In this document: piece after piece, positions 8,824 to 17,500 of the stretch | Layout: the number at the start of each line of letters is the position of its first letter | Position numbering within the stretch: position 1 is the stretch's first letter | Source of the DNA: a virus | IMG/VR virus record: IMGVR_UViG_3300045988_176431 | Location: 96,001 to 160,000 of that record | DNA: 64,000 nt | Reading direction: 5' to 3' (one strand) | The notes under the pieces: model-generated | What the model was told of the DNA's origin: nothing | What the model saw: the letters and a program-made list of their open reading frames with translations, nothing else | The model's database searches: none | Program-made: the position numbers and the translations under genes

Positions 8824-10932
8824 ATGCCAACAAAAATGGAACCTGTTGTAAAAACAGAAGAATTAGTTCAGAAAAGTGAACGACAATTAGAATTAGAAGA
8901 AAGAAGAAAATTCTTTCATGGAGAACCGCTTTTGAATGTGGTAAAAAAAGATGAATTTCAAAAGAGAGTTGCTAAAGTATTTAAAGAAATTTCAGATGTT
9001 TTAGCATGTTCTTTTGGTGCATCCGGAGCACCAACAATTATTTCAAAATATCCATATTCTCATGTAACAAAAGATGGATTTACAATCTTTAAAAATATTA
9101 CATGTGATATTGAATGTGGTAGTATTATCGATTCTGTCATCGCTAATTTGATTGGAGATATTTGTGGAAGACTCAATTATAAAGTTGGTGATGGTACAAC
9201 AACAGCTATTGTTGCTACGAATGCAATTTATGAAGCTTATTATGAAAATAAAGAGTTCTTTGAACGTAATAATATTCTTCCACGTGATATTGTGAAAGAA
9301 TTTGCGAAACTTAAAGATCATATTGTAGAACAGATTAAGAAAGAAGCTGTTCATTTTACAGATGACAAAGAAGAGATGTTAGATACAATTGAAAAGATTG
9401 TACGAATCTCTAGTAATGGAGATGAAGAACTTACAAGAATGATTCGTGAGATTTATGATAAAATCGGATACCCATCAATTACAGCAGAACTTTCAAAAGA
9501 TGCTGTCACTAGATATCAAATTATTGATGGTTTCCGTACTGGTGTTATGCTTACAGATAAGATTTATGAGAATACAGATGATGGGTTCTTTGATTCGAAT
9601 AATCTTGATGTAATCATCTTTGATCATCGTGTAGATACAAAGGCTTATGAAAAAATTATTAAGCCTCTTAATATTGTCTGCAAAGCACAGGGAAGAGAAC
9701 TTATGGTAATCGCACCTACTTATTCAGATAATACAATTCAGAATGAAATCCGAAAAGACATTTTATCAGAGTATAAAGAAACAAGAAAGTCAAGTTTGAT
9801 TCTTTGTGTTTGTAAAGCACAGACTGCTAATGCAAAACGTTCTTTAGCAGATTTGGCGATGCTTTTAAATACAACGATTATTGATAGAAACTTTGCACAG
9901 GATATTATTGGAGATTGTATTAATAATTCAGCAAATCCATTTTATGCTTGTACTTATTTCAATTTCAATCGAGGAATTGAAAATCTTGCTTATATTAAAC
10001 AGAGTAAAGAGGGAGTAATTCAGGCAGTATTTGATGATTCCAATTCGGAATTGGAAGAATATCCAATGAATGAAAAATGCATCGATGTAGGTTTTACCGG
10101 AAAGGTTTCAGCAGGAGAGAATTATTCCATCTTCTCAGATTTCCATTATAATGAAGCCCTTTATAACAAGTTCTTAGATGATGCAAAAACAACAATGGAT
10201 GATTTAGTTGAAAAGTATGCAAAACTCGGAACTTTCAATTATGAAGTAACAGAAGCAATGAAGCGTTATAGTTCATTACAGTTGATGACTGCTGTAATTG
10301 AAGTAGGTGGTGATTCAGAACTTTCACAGGCAATGTTGAAAGATTCTGTTGAGGATGCAATTCGTGCGGCTGAATCTGCTTATAATAATGGATATATTCT
10401 TGGTTGCAATGTAACAACAATGAAAATTATTGAGGATATTGTTCATAATGAAATTCAATCAGAAATATCAAGTAGATTATATCGTATACTTTATAGTGGA
10501 TTATCTAAAGTATATGATACAGTTCTTTCAAATGCTTTTGGTAAACCAACGTTCAGATACAATGTAGATGAAAATACAAAGGAAGATTTCTTATCTTATG
10601 TAGAAAAAACGCTTGGAATCAAATCAGATATATTCAATATGGAAACATTGGATGAAACATTTGATATTTTGAATAAAGATATGAATGATTATTTTGATGC
10701 TCACCCAAATGCAGAACGTAGTACTGAATATTGGGATATTGATATAATCGGTGTTCTTAATAATCAAAGTGTTAAAAACTCAGTCGTATTTGATTTGAGC
10801 ACAAAAGAATTTAACAAGGATGTTATTAACAGTGCGGCAACTGATATTGAGGTATTAACTGCTGTTGTTGACCTTATGAGTATTCTGATTACAGGAAATC
10901 AGTTGATTGTTACCGGTAAACATAATTTCTAG
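8824..10932 (+). CDS. phage chaperonin, GroEL/Cpn60 family (enlarged, 702 aa)
   Basis: VGDGTTTAIVATNAI (GDGTTT ATP-binding signature) and HVTKDGFTIFKNI (compare TKDGVTVAKEI). RBS GAAAGGAAGG. Confidence 0.75.
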   Translation: MPTKMEPVVKTEELVQKSERQLELEERRKFFHGEPLLNVVKKDEFQKRVAKVFKEISDVLACSFGASGAPTIISKYPYSHVTKDGFTIFKNITCDIECGSIIDSVIANLIGDICGRLNYKVGDGTTTAIVATNAIYEAYYENKEFFERNNILPRDIVKEFAKLKDHIVEQIKKEAVHFTDDKEEMLDTIEKIVRISSNGDEELTRMIREIYDKIGYPSITAELSKDAVTRYQIIDGFRTGVMLTDKIYENTDDGFFDSNNLDVIIFDHRVDTKAYEKIIKPLNIVCKAQGRELMVIAPTYSDNTIQNEIRKDILSEYKETRKSSLILCVCKAQTANAKRSLADLAMLLNTTIIDRNFAQDIIGDCINNSANPFYACTYFNFNRGIENLAYIKQSKEGVIQAVFDDSNSELEEYPMNEKCIDVGFTGKVSAGENYSIFSDFHYNEALYNKFLDDAKTTMDDLVEKYAKLGTFNYEVTEAMKRYSSLQLMTAVIEVGGDSELSQAMLKDSVEDAIRAAESAYNNGYILGCNVTTMKIIEDIVHNEIQSEISSRLYRILYSGLSKVYDTVLSNAFGKPTFRYNVDENTKEDFLSYVEKTLGIKSDIFNMETLDETFDILNKDMNDYFDAHPNAERSTEYWDIDIIGVLNNQSVKNSVVFDLSTKEFNKDVINSAATDIEVLTAVVDLMSILITGNQLIVTGKHNF

Positions 10933-10948
10933 ATTGAGGTGAAATTCT

Positions 10949-11725
10949 ATGGTCCCATTTCAAACATTAAGTGAATTCGTTGAAAATCCTTTTGGTATTT
11001 CTGATACTAAAAAACGAAATACACTAGAAGAAAAGTATGTAAAAATGAAATCAAATTCAAAATTCAAAGTAGAAGGATTTACTACGATTGATGATGATTA
11101 TTTGATTCATGTAATGGTTCCATCCGATTCGAATTCAAATCAATCTTATGATGTCGTTGTTCTTTTCTTTACTGATGATACTGTCGTAAAGAAAAGAACA
11201 ACCTTTTCAAATTATTATGTGAAGTTCTTTTCGAATTCACCTAGCTTTATTTATCAATATGCTTATCTTTATCGAGAAAATGGTTTCTTAATTGATTTTC
11301 TTTATGATAAGTTAGATGATAATTTTAGTTCTCAGGCACCAACAAAGTCAAATAAGAATATGGATTTATTTTATGATAAATCCATATATTGTGCTTCTCG
11401 TTTGATTCTTGATAATGGTGGTATTCTTTTAAGCAAACTTGGTATTATTACAAAGCATAAAAAGAATAAAGATAAATTCTTTCGAGATATTAAATCTTTT
11501 GAGAATATTAAAATGACATCGGAATTAAAATCTGTTGATAAAAAGATTAATAAAGAATTGGAAGAGAATAAAAAAATAAAGAGAAAAGAAAAGTCAAAAC
11601 AAAAGGCTCGTTCATCCAATAAGATTATGGCAAAGTCAAATACCTTGTCAAAGAATTCGAAACCAGGAATCACAAAAGTAAAAAAGAAAACAGGCAACAA
11701 AAAAGTAGTTTCTCGAAGAAAATAA
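10949..11725 (+). CDS. hypothetical protein with Lys-rich C-terminal tail
   Basis: 258-aa ORF with RBS GAGGTG. The last ~70 aa are highly basic. Confidence 0.65.
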   Translation: MVPFQTLSEFVENPFGISDTKKRNTLEEKYVKMKSNSKFKVEGFTTIDDDYLIHVMVPSDSNSNQSYDVVVLFFTDDTVVKKRTTFSNYYVKFFSNSPSFIYQYAYLYRENGFLIDFLYDKLDDNFSSQAPTKSNKNMDLFYDKSIYCASRLILDNGGILLSKLGIITKHKKNKDKFFRDIKSFENIKMTSELKSVDKKINKELEENKKIKRKEKSKQKARSSNKIMAKSNTLSKNSKPGITKVKKKTGNKKVVSRRK

Positions 11726-11741
11726 ATTTTATATAAAATTT

Positions 11742-11750
11742 ATATATTAT
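11742..11750 (+). promoter_or_regulatory. putative promoter core (ATATATTAT)
   Basis: Intergenic, 33 nt upstream of start 11783. Confidence 0.4.
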
Positions 11751-11782
11751 TTATTTGGAATAAAAAATATAAGAAAAAGGGG

Positions 11783-12610
11783 ATGAAATATTTGCCAGTT
11801 AAAAAATCTAATCCAGTAGAGGAAATTGATCGCTCAAAATTAAAGAGCAAAATCAATATCTGGAAACCAAAGAAATCTGAGATTATAGTGGAACAAGATG
11901 GAAATATTTTTGTCTGTCATTTTGACAAGATTTTCAATCAACCAAATCTCAAACCCTTAACTAAATTTATTATTAAAAAATCTAGTTATATCAACCAATT
12001 ACCAGTCATTACAAGGTATACAAACTTTTTCATGAATTGTTATGATACAGAGAATGACTTAGCAATGGCTTATTTGAAGATTAAGTATGCTCTTGATAAA
12101 GAGAGAGTATTTAATGAAACAAATACTTCTGCATTAATTGATATGATATATGAGATTCTTTTTACACCAAGGCTTTGTGAAAAGATTACTCGTATGGTAG
12201 AAGAAAATTACTTAGATGATATCGAAAAAGGGGATGGAAAGAAATATAAAAAGAATAAAGACTACTTAGAAAGTCTTGAATTCACCAATGAACATATTAA
12301 GATTCTTCTTAGAATCTCATTTGGTATTAAAATCATGTCACCGATTCTTTTTCATTATCTTACGATTAATAATATGAATAAGTTGGATAAAGACAGTGAT
12401 TTGATTTACAAGTTCTATGAAAGACTGTTTCCTTTGTTCTCCGGAAACGTCAATATGTTTAATAAGCTCTTTGTTTATTGTAAAACAAAAGTACTGGATG
12501 CATCTGCACATAACAGTACAATCTTTGAACAAAGAGAAATTTTTGGTGTAGATAAGTATTCAGTTATTGATAAATTTGTGAGAAAAGTAATTATCTCAGA
12601 AAACATGGTT
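11783..12610 (+). CDS. conserved-looking unknown protein, exon 1 of 5
   Basis: ORF is open to 12640, but the last 10 codons are intron sequence. The 5' splice site after U12610 is set by the P1 pairing. Start is ATG 11783 or TTG 11792. Confidence 0.7.
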
Positions 12611-12955
12611 AAAGTATTTGATCATGTAAAACCTCTCTAATTGCGGGGAACTCTCGTTAGGTCTTAACTACTAAACTAAGATAGTGATATACTTAGTGGC
12701 AAGGGGTAACTCCTAAGGTATAGTAAAAAGGTTAAGAATAGAGACAATCGACGCAGGGAAGTATCTCTTATGAGATATGGCTTCATCGACTAGGGAAAGA
12801 CTAATTTATATTAATTAGAATCGAGTAGGTCCAATTATAGGACGAAATGTAGGTGAGTATATATAATATATACAAAAATCCGAAACGGGAGGCATTGATA
12901 TATTTAGTAATAGAATATATTAATGAAGATATAGTCAGTGTAATATAAAAACATG
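12611..12955 (+). ncRNA. group I intron A (ORF-less, 345 nt)
   Basis: P1: ACAUGGUU (12603-10) pairs with GAUCAUGU (12620-27), U.G at U12610. P10: AAAUAC (12956-61) pairs with GUAUUU (12614-19). P3: CCUCUC pairs with GGGAGG (12887-92). P7: GACTA / TAGTC. Omega-G at 12955. Confidence 0.8.
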
Positions 12956-12982
12956 AAATACTTGTTCAATGAACACTGGGAT
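12956..12982 (+). CDS. micro-exon 2 (27 nt, KYLFNEHWD)
   Basis: Bounded by P10 of intron A and P1 of intron B. In frame with no stop. An alternative 3' splice site after G12964 would give 18 nt, also in frame. Confidence 0.6.
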
Positions 12983-13324
12983 AGACGTTTCATGTTCCAG
13001 TATAAAAACCTCTCTAATTGCGGGGAACTGTCTATAATGATTATTTACTAAACTAAGATGGTGACATACTTAGTGGCAAGGGGTAACTCCTAAGGTATAG
13101 TAAAAAGAATAATCATTGACACAATCGACGCAGCGAAGTATCTTATATGAGATATGAGTTCAACGACTATCGAAAGTATAATTATAAGAGAAATCTTATA
13201 ATGAATAAACGAGTAGAGTAGACTGATTTAATCAGGTGCATGAAATTGATGCTTTACGAAACGGGAGGTATTGATATATTTGGTAATAGAATATATCAAT
13301 AAAGATATAGTCTAATTAAAATAG
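12983..13324 (+). ncRNA. group I intron B (ORF-less, 342 nt)
   Basis: P1: ACUGGGAU (12975-82) pairs with GUUCCAGU (12994-13001), U.G at U12982. P10: GUGAAAC (13325-31) pairs with GUUUCAU (12987-93). Internal helix covaries (AATGATTATT / AATAATCATT). Omega-G at 13324. Confidence 0.8.
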
Positions 13325-13361
13325 GTGAAACAGAAAAAATACAAGGAGAACATTGTTGGAT
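13325..13361 (+). CDS. micro-exon 3 (37 nt, VKQKKYKENIVG + 1 nt)
   Basis: Bounded by P10 of intron B and P1 of intron C. No stop in frame. Confidence 0.6.
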
Positions 13362-13739
13362 CAATATTAGGTTCAACCAAAACCTCTCTAATTGCGGGGA
13401 ACTATCTATAATTAATAACTACTAAACTAAGATAGTGATATACTTAGTGGCAAAGGGTAACTCCTAAGGTATAGTAAAAAGGTTATTAATTGATACAATC
13501 GACGCAGCGAAGTATCTCTTATGAGATATGAGTTCAACGACTAGGGAAAGCTAGACAACCATATTGATAGAAATATCTAAAAGAATATAATATTCTGATG
13601 GTTTGATGTGAGTAGGTCCAATGATAGGACGAAATGTAGGTGAGTATATATAATATATACAAAAATCCAAAACGGGAGGTATTGATATATTTGGTAATAG
13701 AATATATCAATAAAGATATAGTCTACATTGAAAAATGTG
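13362..13739 (+). ncRNA. group I intron C (ORF-less, 378 nt)
   Basis: P1: GUUGGAU (13355-61) pairs with GUUCAAC (13371-77), U.G at U13361. P10: UUAAUA (13740-45) pairs with UAUUAG (13365-70). P9 GNRA hairpin ACATT-GAAA-AATGT. Omega-G at 13739. Helix covariation AATTAATAAC / GTTATTAATT. Confidence 0.8.
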
Positions 13740-13752
13740 TTAATAAAACGAT
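13740..13752 (+). CDS. micro-exon 4 (13 nt)
   Basis: TTAATAAAACGAT. The first 6 nt form P10 of intron C; the last 4 nt form P1 of intron D. Completes the codons F-N-K-T-I(..). Confidence 0.55.
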
Positions 13753-14223
13753 TAATTTAATAGTCGCAATGATATAAAGAAATTTATATCTGGACAAACC
13801 ATCCTAATTGCGGGGAACTCTCGTTAGGTCTTAACTACTAAACTAAGATAGTGATATACTTAGTGGCAAGGGGTAACTCCTAAGGTATAGTAAAAAGGTT
13901 AAGAATAGAGACAATCGACGCAGCGAATATGCTTTGAAATAAATAATAACATGTAAAGAAATAGGAGATAGATTAGGAATGACAAGAAATGCTGTTTGGA
14001 ATATTAAACAAAAAATAAATTAAACAAAATCAAAGCATAATGTTCAACGACTATCGAAAGTATAGGTTAAGAGAAATACTTAACTGAATAAACGAGTAGA
14101 GTAGACTGATTTAATCAGGTGCACGAAATTGGTGCTTTACGAAACGGATGGCGTATTATATTTGGTAACAGAATATAATACGAAGATATAGTCTAACCTA
14201 TGTAGTGATATATGGTATAAGTG
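13753..14223 (+). ncRNA. group I intron D (471 nt, with a decayed endonuclease remnant)
   Basis: P1: CGAU (13749-52) pairs with GUCG (13763-66), U.G at U13752. 7-bp perfect P10: UAUUAAA (14224-30) pairs with UUUAAUA (13756-62). P2 GNRA hairpin 13771-90. P3: CCAUCC pairs with GGAUGG (14146-51), a compensatory change. Omega-G at 14223. Confidence 0.75.
13943..14023 (+). pseudogene. remnant of a homing-endonuclease C-terminal HTH (26 codons) in the P6 loop of intron D
   Basis: Open frame IITCKEIGDRLGMTRNAVWNIKQKIN* at the position where the three intact HNH genes sit in their introns. Resembles their C-terminal HTH repeats. Confidence 0.45.
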
Positions 14224-14941
14224 TATTAAATTTCAGATGAATTATTTTCTTAAGGAGCAGTATGAGAAAACAATGACCGAGATTTCTAACACAAAAAATA
14301 GTGATGGATTATCCGGTCAAGATAAAATGGAAATGAATTTGACTAAGATTGATGAAGGTATCACAACTCTTAGTGAGTTCAATATTAAGAATTGTATTGA
14401 ACGTATTCAAAGAGAGATTGATATTCCAATCTCAGATGAAGAAATTCAATATTATAGGGACCATCATATTCCTAGCCCTATTCAGATTCAATTGGTATAT
14501 TCGTACTTTGCAGAATATTTTACGGATTATCGTGATTTGAACCTTTTAACAAGAAGAGATTATCTTCATTTATTACTTTTATTAAAGAAGAAACTCTTAA
14601 TTGAGGCTGGATATGATGAGAAAGAAAATGAATTTACAGATGCGATTCTTCCATATATTCTAACAGGAAATTTGGAAGAAAAAGTTTCTACTCGAATGAT
14701 TCGAAACAACAAGTTTATTTCAAAGATTGAAACGAATTATATGTATCAACAGTTAGTAGAAAAGAAGTATAAGCATCTGCAAGAATTAAAGAAAGACTAC
14801 ATATTACAAGTATTATCTTCGATTATCAATACGAATTTTACTTATGTAGTTTATGAGGAACCTGAAATGTTAGGAAAACCAATTGTTTATAATGAAGATA
14901 AAATCTCGGATGAACTCTTGTTTTTCTTAAAATGTATTTAA
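14224..14941 (+). CDS. conserved-looking unknown protein, exon 5 of 5
   Basis: Frame is open from 14192. There is no RBS before ATG 14237. The five exons total 1623 nt (541 codons), in frame with no stop. Confidence 0.7.
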
Positions 14942-15019
14942 TGTAAAGAAGAATTATGATAGAAAGTTTTTACTTCTATCATAATTCTTTATTTTATGGA
15001 GGAAAGGAATGAATGAAAT

Positions 15020-15742
15020 ATGTTATACTATGTAGACACAGAATTTACAAATTTAGGAAAAGATGCAGAACTTATTAGTATTGGAGTGATTAGTGAAAAA
15101 GGAGATTCCTTTTATGCAATTTTAAGTGATTATAATAAGGAAAAATGCTCTGACTTTGTAAAAGAGAATATTCTTCCAAAATTAGGAAAACCAGGAATTA
15201 GTGAAAGAATTGTAAGTAGTAAAAAATTTATACTTAAAAGTTACAATACTGTGGATAGTACTAAGAAAAATGTAAGAGAAAGATTACTTAAGTTTTTAAG
15301 TAGAATAAGTGATTATACCACTTTTGTTTCAGATGTTTGTCATTATGATGGTGTATTAATATTTGACTTACTGATGGATGAAAGAACAAAAGAATTACCA
15401 AAAAATATCAATCCGATGGTAATTGATATATCAACGGTTCTTTTCTATCAGAGATTTAGAGTAGAAAAAGAATTGGAGAAAAATGGTGTAAAAGAAAAAT
15501 CGACTGATACAAGTGAAATTGAAAAATATGCTTTTGATAAGACAAGAGAAGACCTTGTGGAAAATCTGGAAATATTTGGTACAAAAACTGAAAATAACGA
15601 AGATTACAAACATAATGCATTGTGGGATGCTTTTGTGATTTCATCAATTTCTAAAAAGTTCATATCAAATACAGTAAATCTTGCATTTGAGTCAGTATTG
15701 TATGGTGATATTATGGAATTAATCAAAGAAAGGATGAATTAA
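15020..15742 (+). CDS. DEDDh-type 3'-5' exonuclease (DnaQ-like)
   Basis: Exo I YVDTEFT and Exo III HNALWDA motifs. RBS GGAGGAAAGG. Confidence 0.7.
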   Translation: MLYYVDTEFTNLGKDAELISIGVISEKGDSFYAILSDYNKEKCSDFVKENILPKLGKPGISERIVSSKKFILKSYNTVDSTKKNVRERLLKFLSRISDYTTFVSDVCHYDGVLIFDLLMDERTKELPKNINPMVIDISTVLFYQRFRVEKELEKNGVKEKSTDTSEIEKYAFDKTREDLVENLEIFGTKTENNEDYKHNALWDAFVISSISKKFISNTVNLAFESVLYGDIMELIKERMN

Positions 15743-15743
15743 T

Positions 15744-16157
15744 ATGTCAGATCAATTGAAAAATTTAAAACCAATTACTGCTATGGAGGTTTCAGATAAA
15801 TTTAATATTATGATAAATAAACGATTGGAAGCATGTGGATGTGATTATGAATCTTTAATACGAATAGCAGCAACTATTATTGAAATAATATTCTTTGAAG
15901 AAGGAATATATAAAACGGTTGAAAAGATTCAATATCGAGATGGAATTTCAAAATATTTTGTAGTAATAAAAAAGTATAATAGCATGGGTTTTTCAAATAA
16001 TGATATCAAGATTTTAGAATTGATTGATGATTTATTAGGAGCAGATATTACTATAAATAAATTTAGATTTATTGGTGAAATCATTACTTTATTGAGAGGT
16101 GATGGATATACATCATATATCAAAGAAGATACTTTATATATTAAATTTAAACAATAA
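15744..16157 (+). CDS. hypothetical protein
   Basis: 137-aa ORF with RBS AGAAAGGATGAATTAAT-ATG. Confidence 0.6.
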   Translation: MSDQLKNLKPITAMEVSDKFNIMINKRLEACGCDYESLIRIAATIIEIIFFEEGIYKTVEKIQYRDGISKYFVVIKKYNSMGFSNNDIKILELIDDLLGADITINKFRFIGEIITLLRGDGYTSYIKEDTLYIKFKQ

Positions 16158-16180
16158 TCAAATTTAGGAGGTATAATAAA

Positions 16181-17377
16181 ATGGATGTAAAAAATTTTGA
16201 AAGACTCCGATATACAAATAATTTTTATAAGAGAATCATTGATCAGATGAGTGTTCAAATTATTGGTGCTGAAGAAACAGATAAAGAATTGATGGATTAC
16301 TTGTGTGAATCCATCAATAAGTTTGGATTCAAAACACTTATAGGAAATCTTGACCCGGATATAAAAAATACATATAGGGAGTCAAGTATTATAGGTTACA
16401 GCTTTTCTCAATTGTATAATGAAAGTTCTCTCACAGGTAATATCACAATGAATCTACTTACTATATTCATTTTAAATGATAAGACTCGTTGTGTGTATGA
16501 TAAAACAAAAAAAGCGGATGAACTTATTGTGCTTAATTCAAAAGACTATGAGAATGGTTTCCCTTCAAGTGAAGATATATATAATATTTTGAATAATGAA
16601 ATATTTTCTAAAGTAAATATTATTATACCTTGGAGTGGTGGCTGGGATTCTACTCTAGTATACTTAAAAGTATTAGGTACTAAATTATTTAAAAGAATTT
16701 CAGTACCGTTTTGTAGTTCAGAAAACTTACAAACACAAAAACAAAGAGAAGCACGTGATATGATATCAGAAGAATTAAAGAAGCTTATTGATTCTTTATA
16801 TAGTGAAGAACTTGAAAAAATCGATGATGTAGGTGATTGTGATATATGTGAAATTTTAGATAATGAAATAAATATCAATATTCCAGATGCAAGTCATATG
16901 CCTTCCATGCCTACAAGAAATCAACTACCAATGATATTTACTACTATGATGTATTCTTGTTCTTGTAGTAAAAATATAGTATTATACCCGATTATAAAAC
17001 AAGACAATTGGAGTAAAGATGATATTACTTCTTTTAAAGAGGGTTTCATTAATTTTTGTTCAGCGTATTCAGGAAATAATATTGCTGCTATAGTTGATTT
17101 TCCTCTTATTGAGTATGATAAAGTTGATGTTATTGAAGAAATATTTAAATTCGAAAAAGATTATGACATTTCTATTCATGACAAGATTTATACTTGTGAA
17201 TGTGGATATAATATTTGTAGTTATGATCCGTGTAAATCATGTAAAGTTGAACGTGAAGCTTTAGAATCTAGTAAAAATCCTGATGTTCATGAATATTTTC
17301 TTGAGAAGTATGAAAAAGAAGGACTTACGAAAAAAGAAGAATATTTTGAAAAATTACAAGAAGGGTTAAAAAAGTGA
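16181..17377 (+). CDS. PP-loop ATP pyrophosphatase, QueC-like, with ~150-aa N-terminal extension
   Basis: SGGWDS PP-loop (IIIPWSGGWDSTLV) and a C-terminal Cys cluster CECGYNICSYDPCKSCKVER, like the QueC zinc site. Confidence 0.55.
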   Translation: MDVKNFERLRYTNNFYKRIIDQMSVQIIGAEETDKELMDYLCESINKFGFKTLIGNLDPDIKNTYRESSIIGYSFSQLYNESSLTGNITMNLLTIFILNDKTRCVYDKTKKADELIVLNSKDYENGFPSSEDIYNILNNEIFSKVNIIIPWSGGWDSTLVYLKVLGTKLFKRISVPFCSSENLQTQKQREARDMISEELKKLIDSLYSEELEKIDDVGDCDICEILDNEININIPDASHMPSMPTRNQLPMIFTTMMYSCSCSKNIVLYPIIKQDNWSKDDITSFKEGFINFCSAYSGNNIAAIVDFPLIEYDKVDVIEEIFKFEKDYDISIHDKIYTCECGYNICSYDPCKSCKVEREALESSKNPDVHEYFLEKYEKEGLTKKEEYFEKLQEGLKK

Positions 17378-17410
17378 ATGAAATATTGATTCATATTGAT
17401 TCATAAAGTT

Positions 17411-17419
17411 ATATATTAT
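17411..17419 (+). promoter_or_regulatory. putative promoter core (ATATATTAT)
   Basis: Intergenic, 82 nt upstream of ATG 17501. Followed by a 15-bp hairpin at 17433-17467. Confidence 0.35.
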
Positions 17420-17500
17420 TTATATGAGTGATAAAATGAGTAGAAATTTAATATTTCTACTCATTTTCATATGAATAAAGAAAGGATGATGTAAAAATTT

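Noticed and set aside
12640-14230. Regularly spaced repeats that might be mistaken for a CRISPR array or plain tandem repeat
   Set aside because: The units are 340-470 nt long, carry group I ribozyme core elements with compensatory helix changes, and are bounded by P1/P10 pairings. There are no short direct repeats with unique spacers.
14237-14239. ATG 14237 as an independent gene start
   Set aside because: No Shine-Dalgarno upstream. The frame is open from 14192. P10 of intron D places the 3' splice site at 14223/14224, in frame with the upstream exons.
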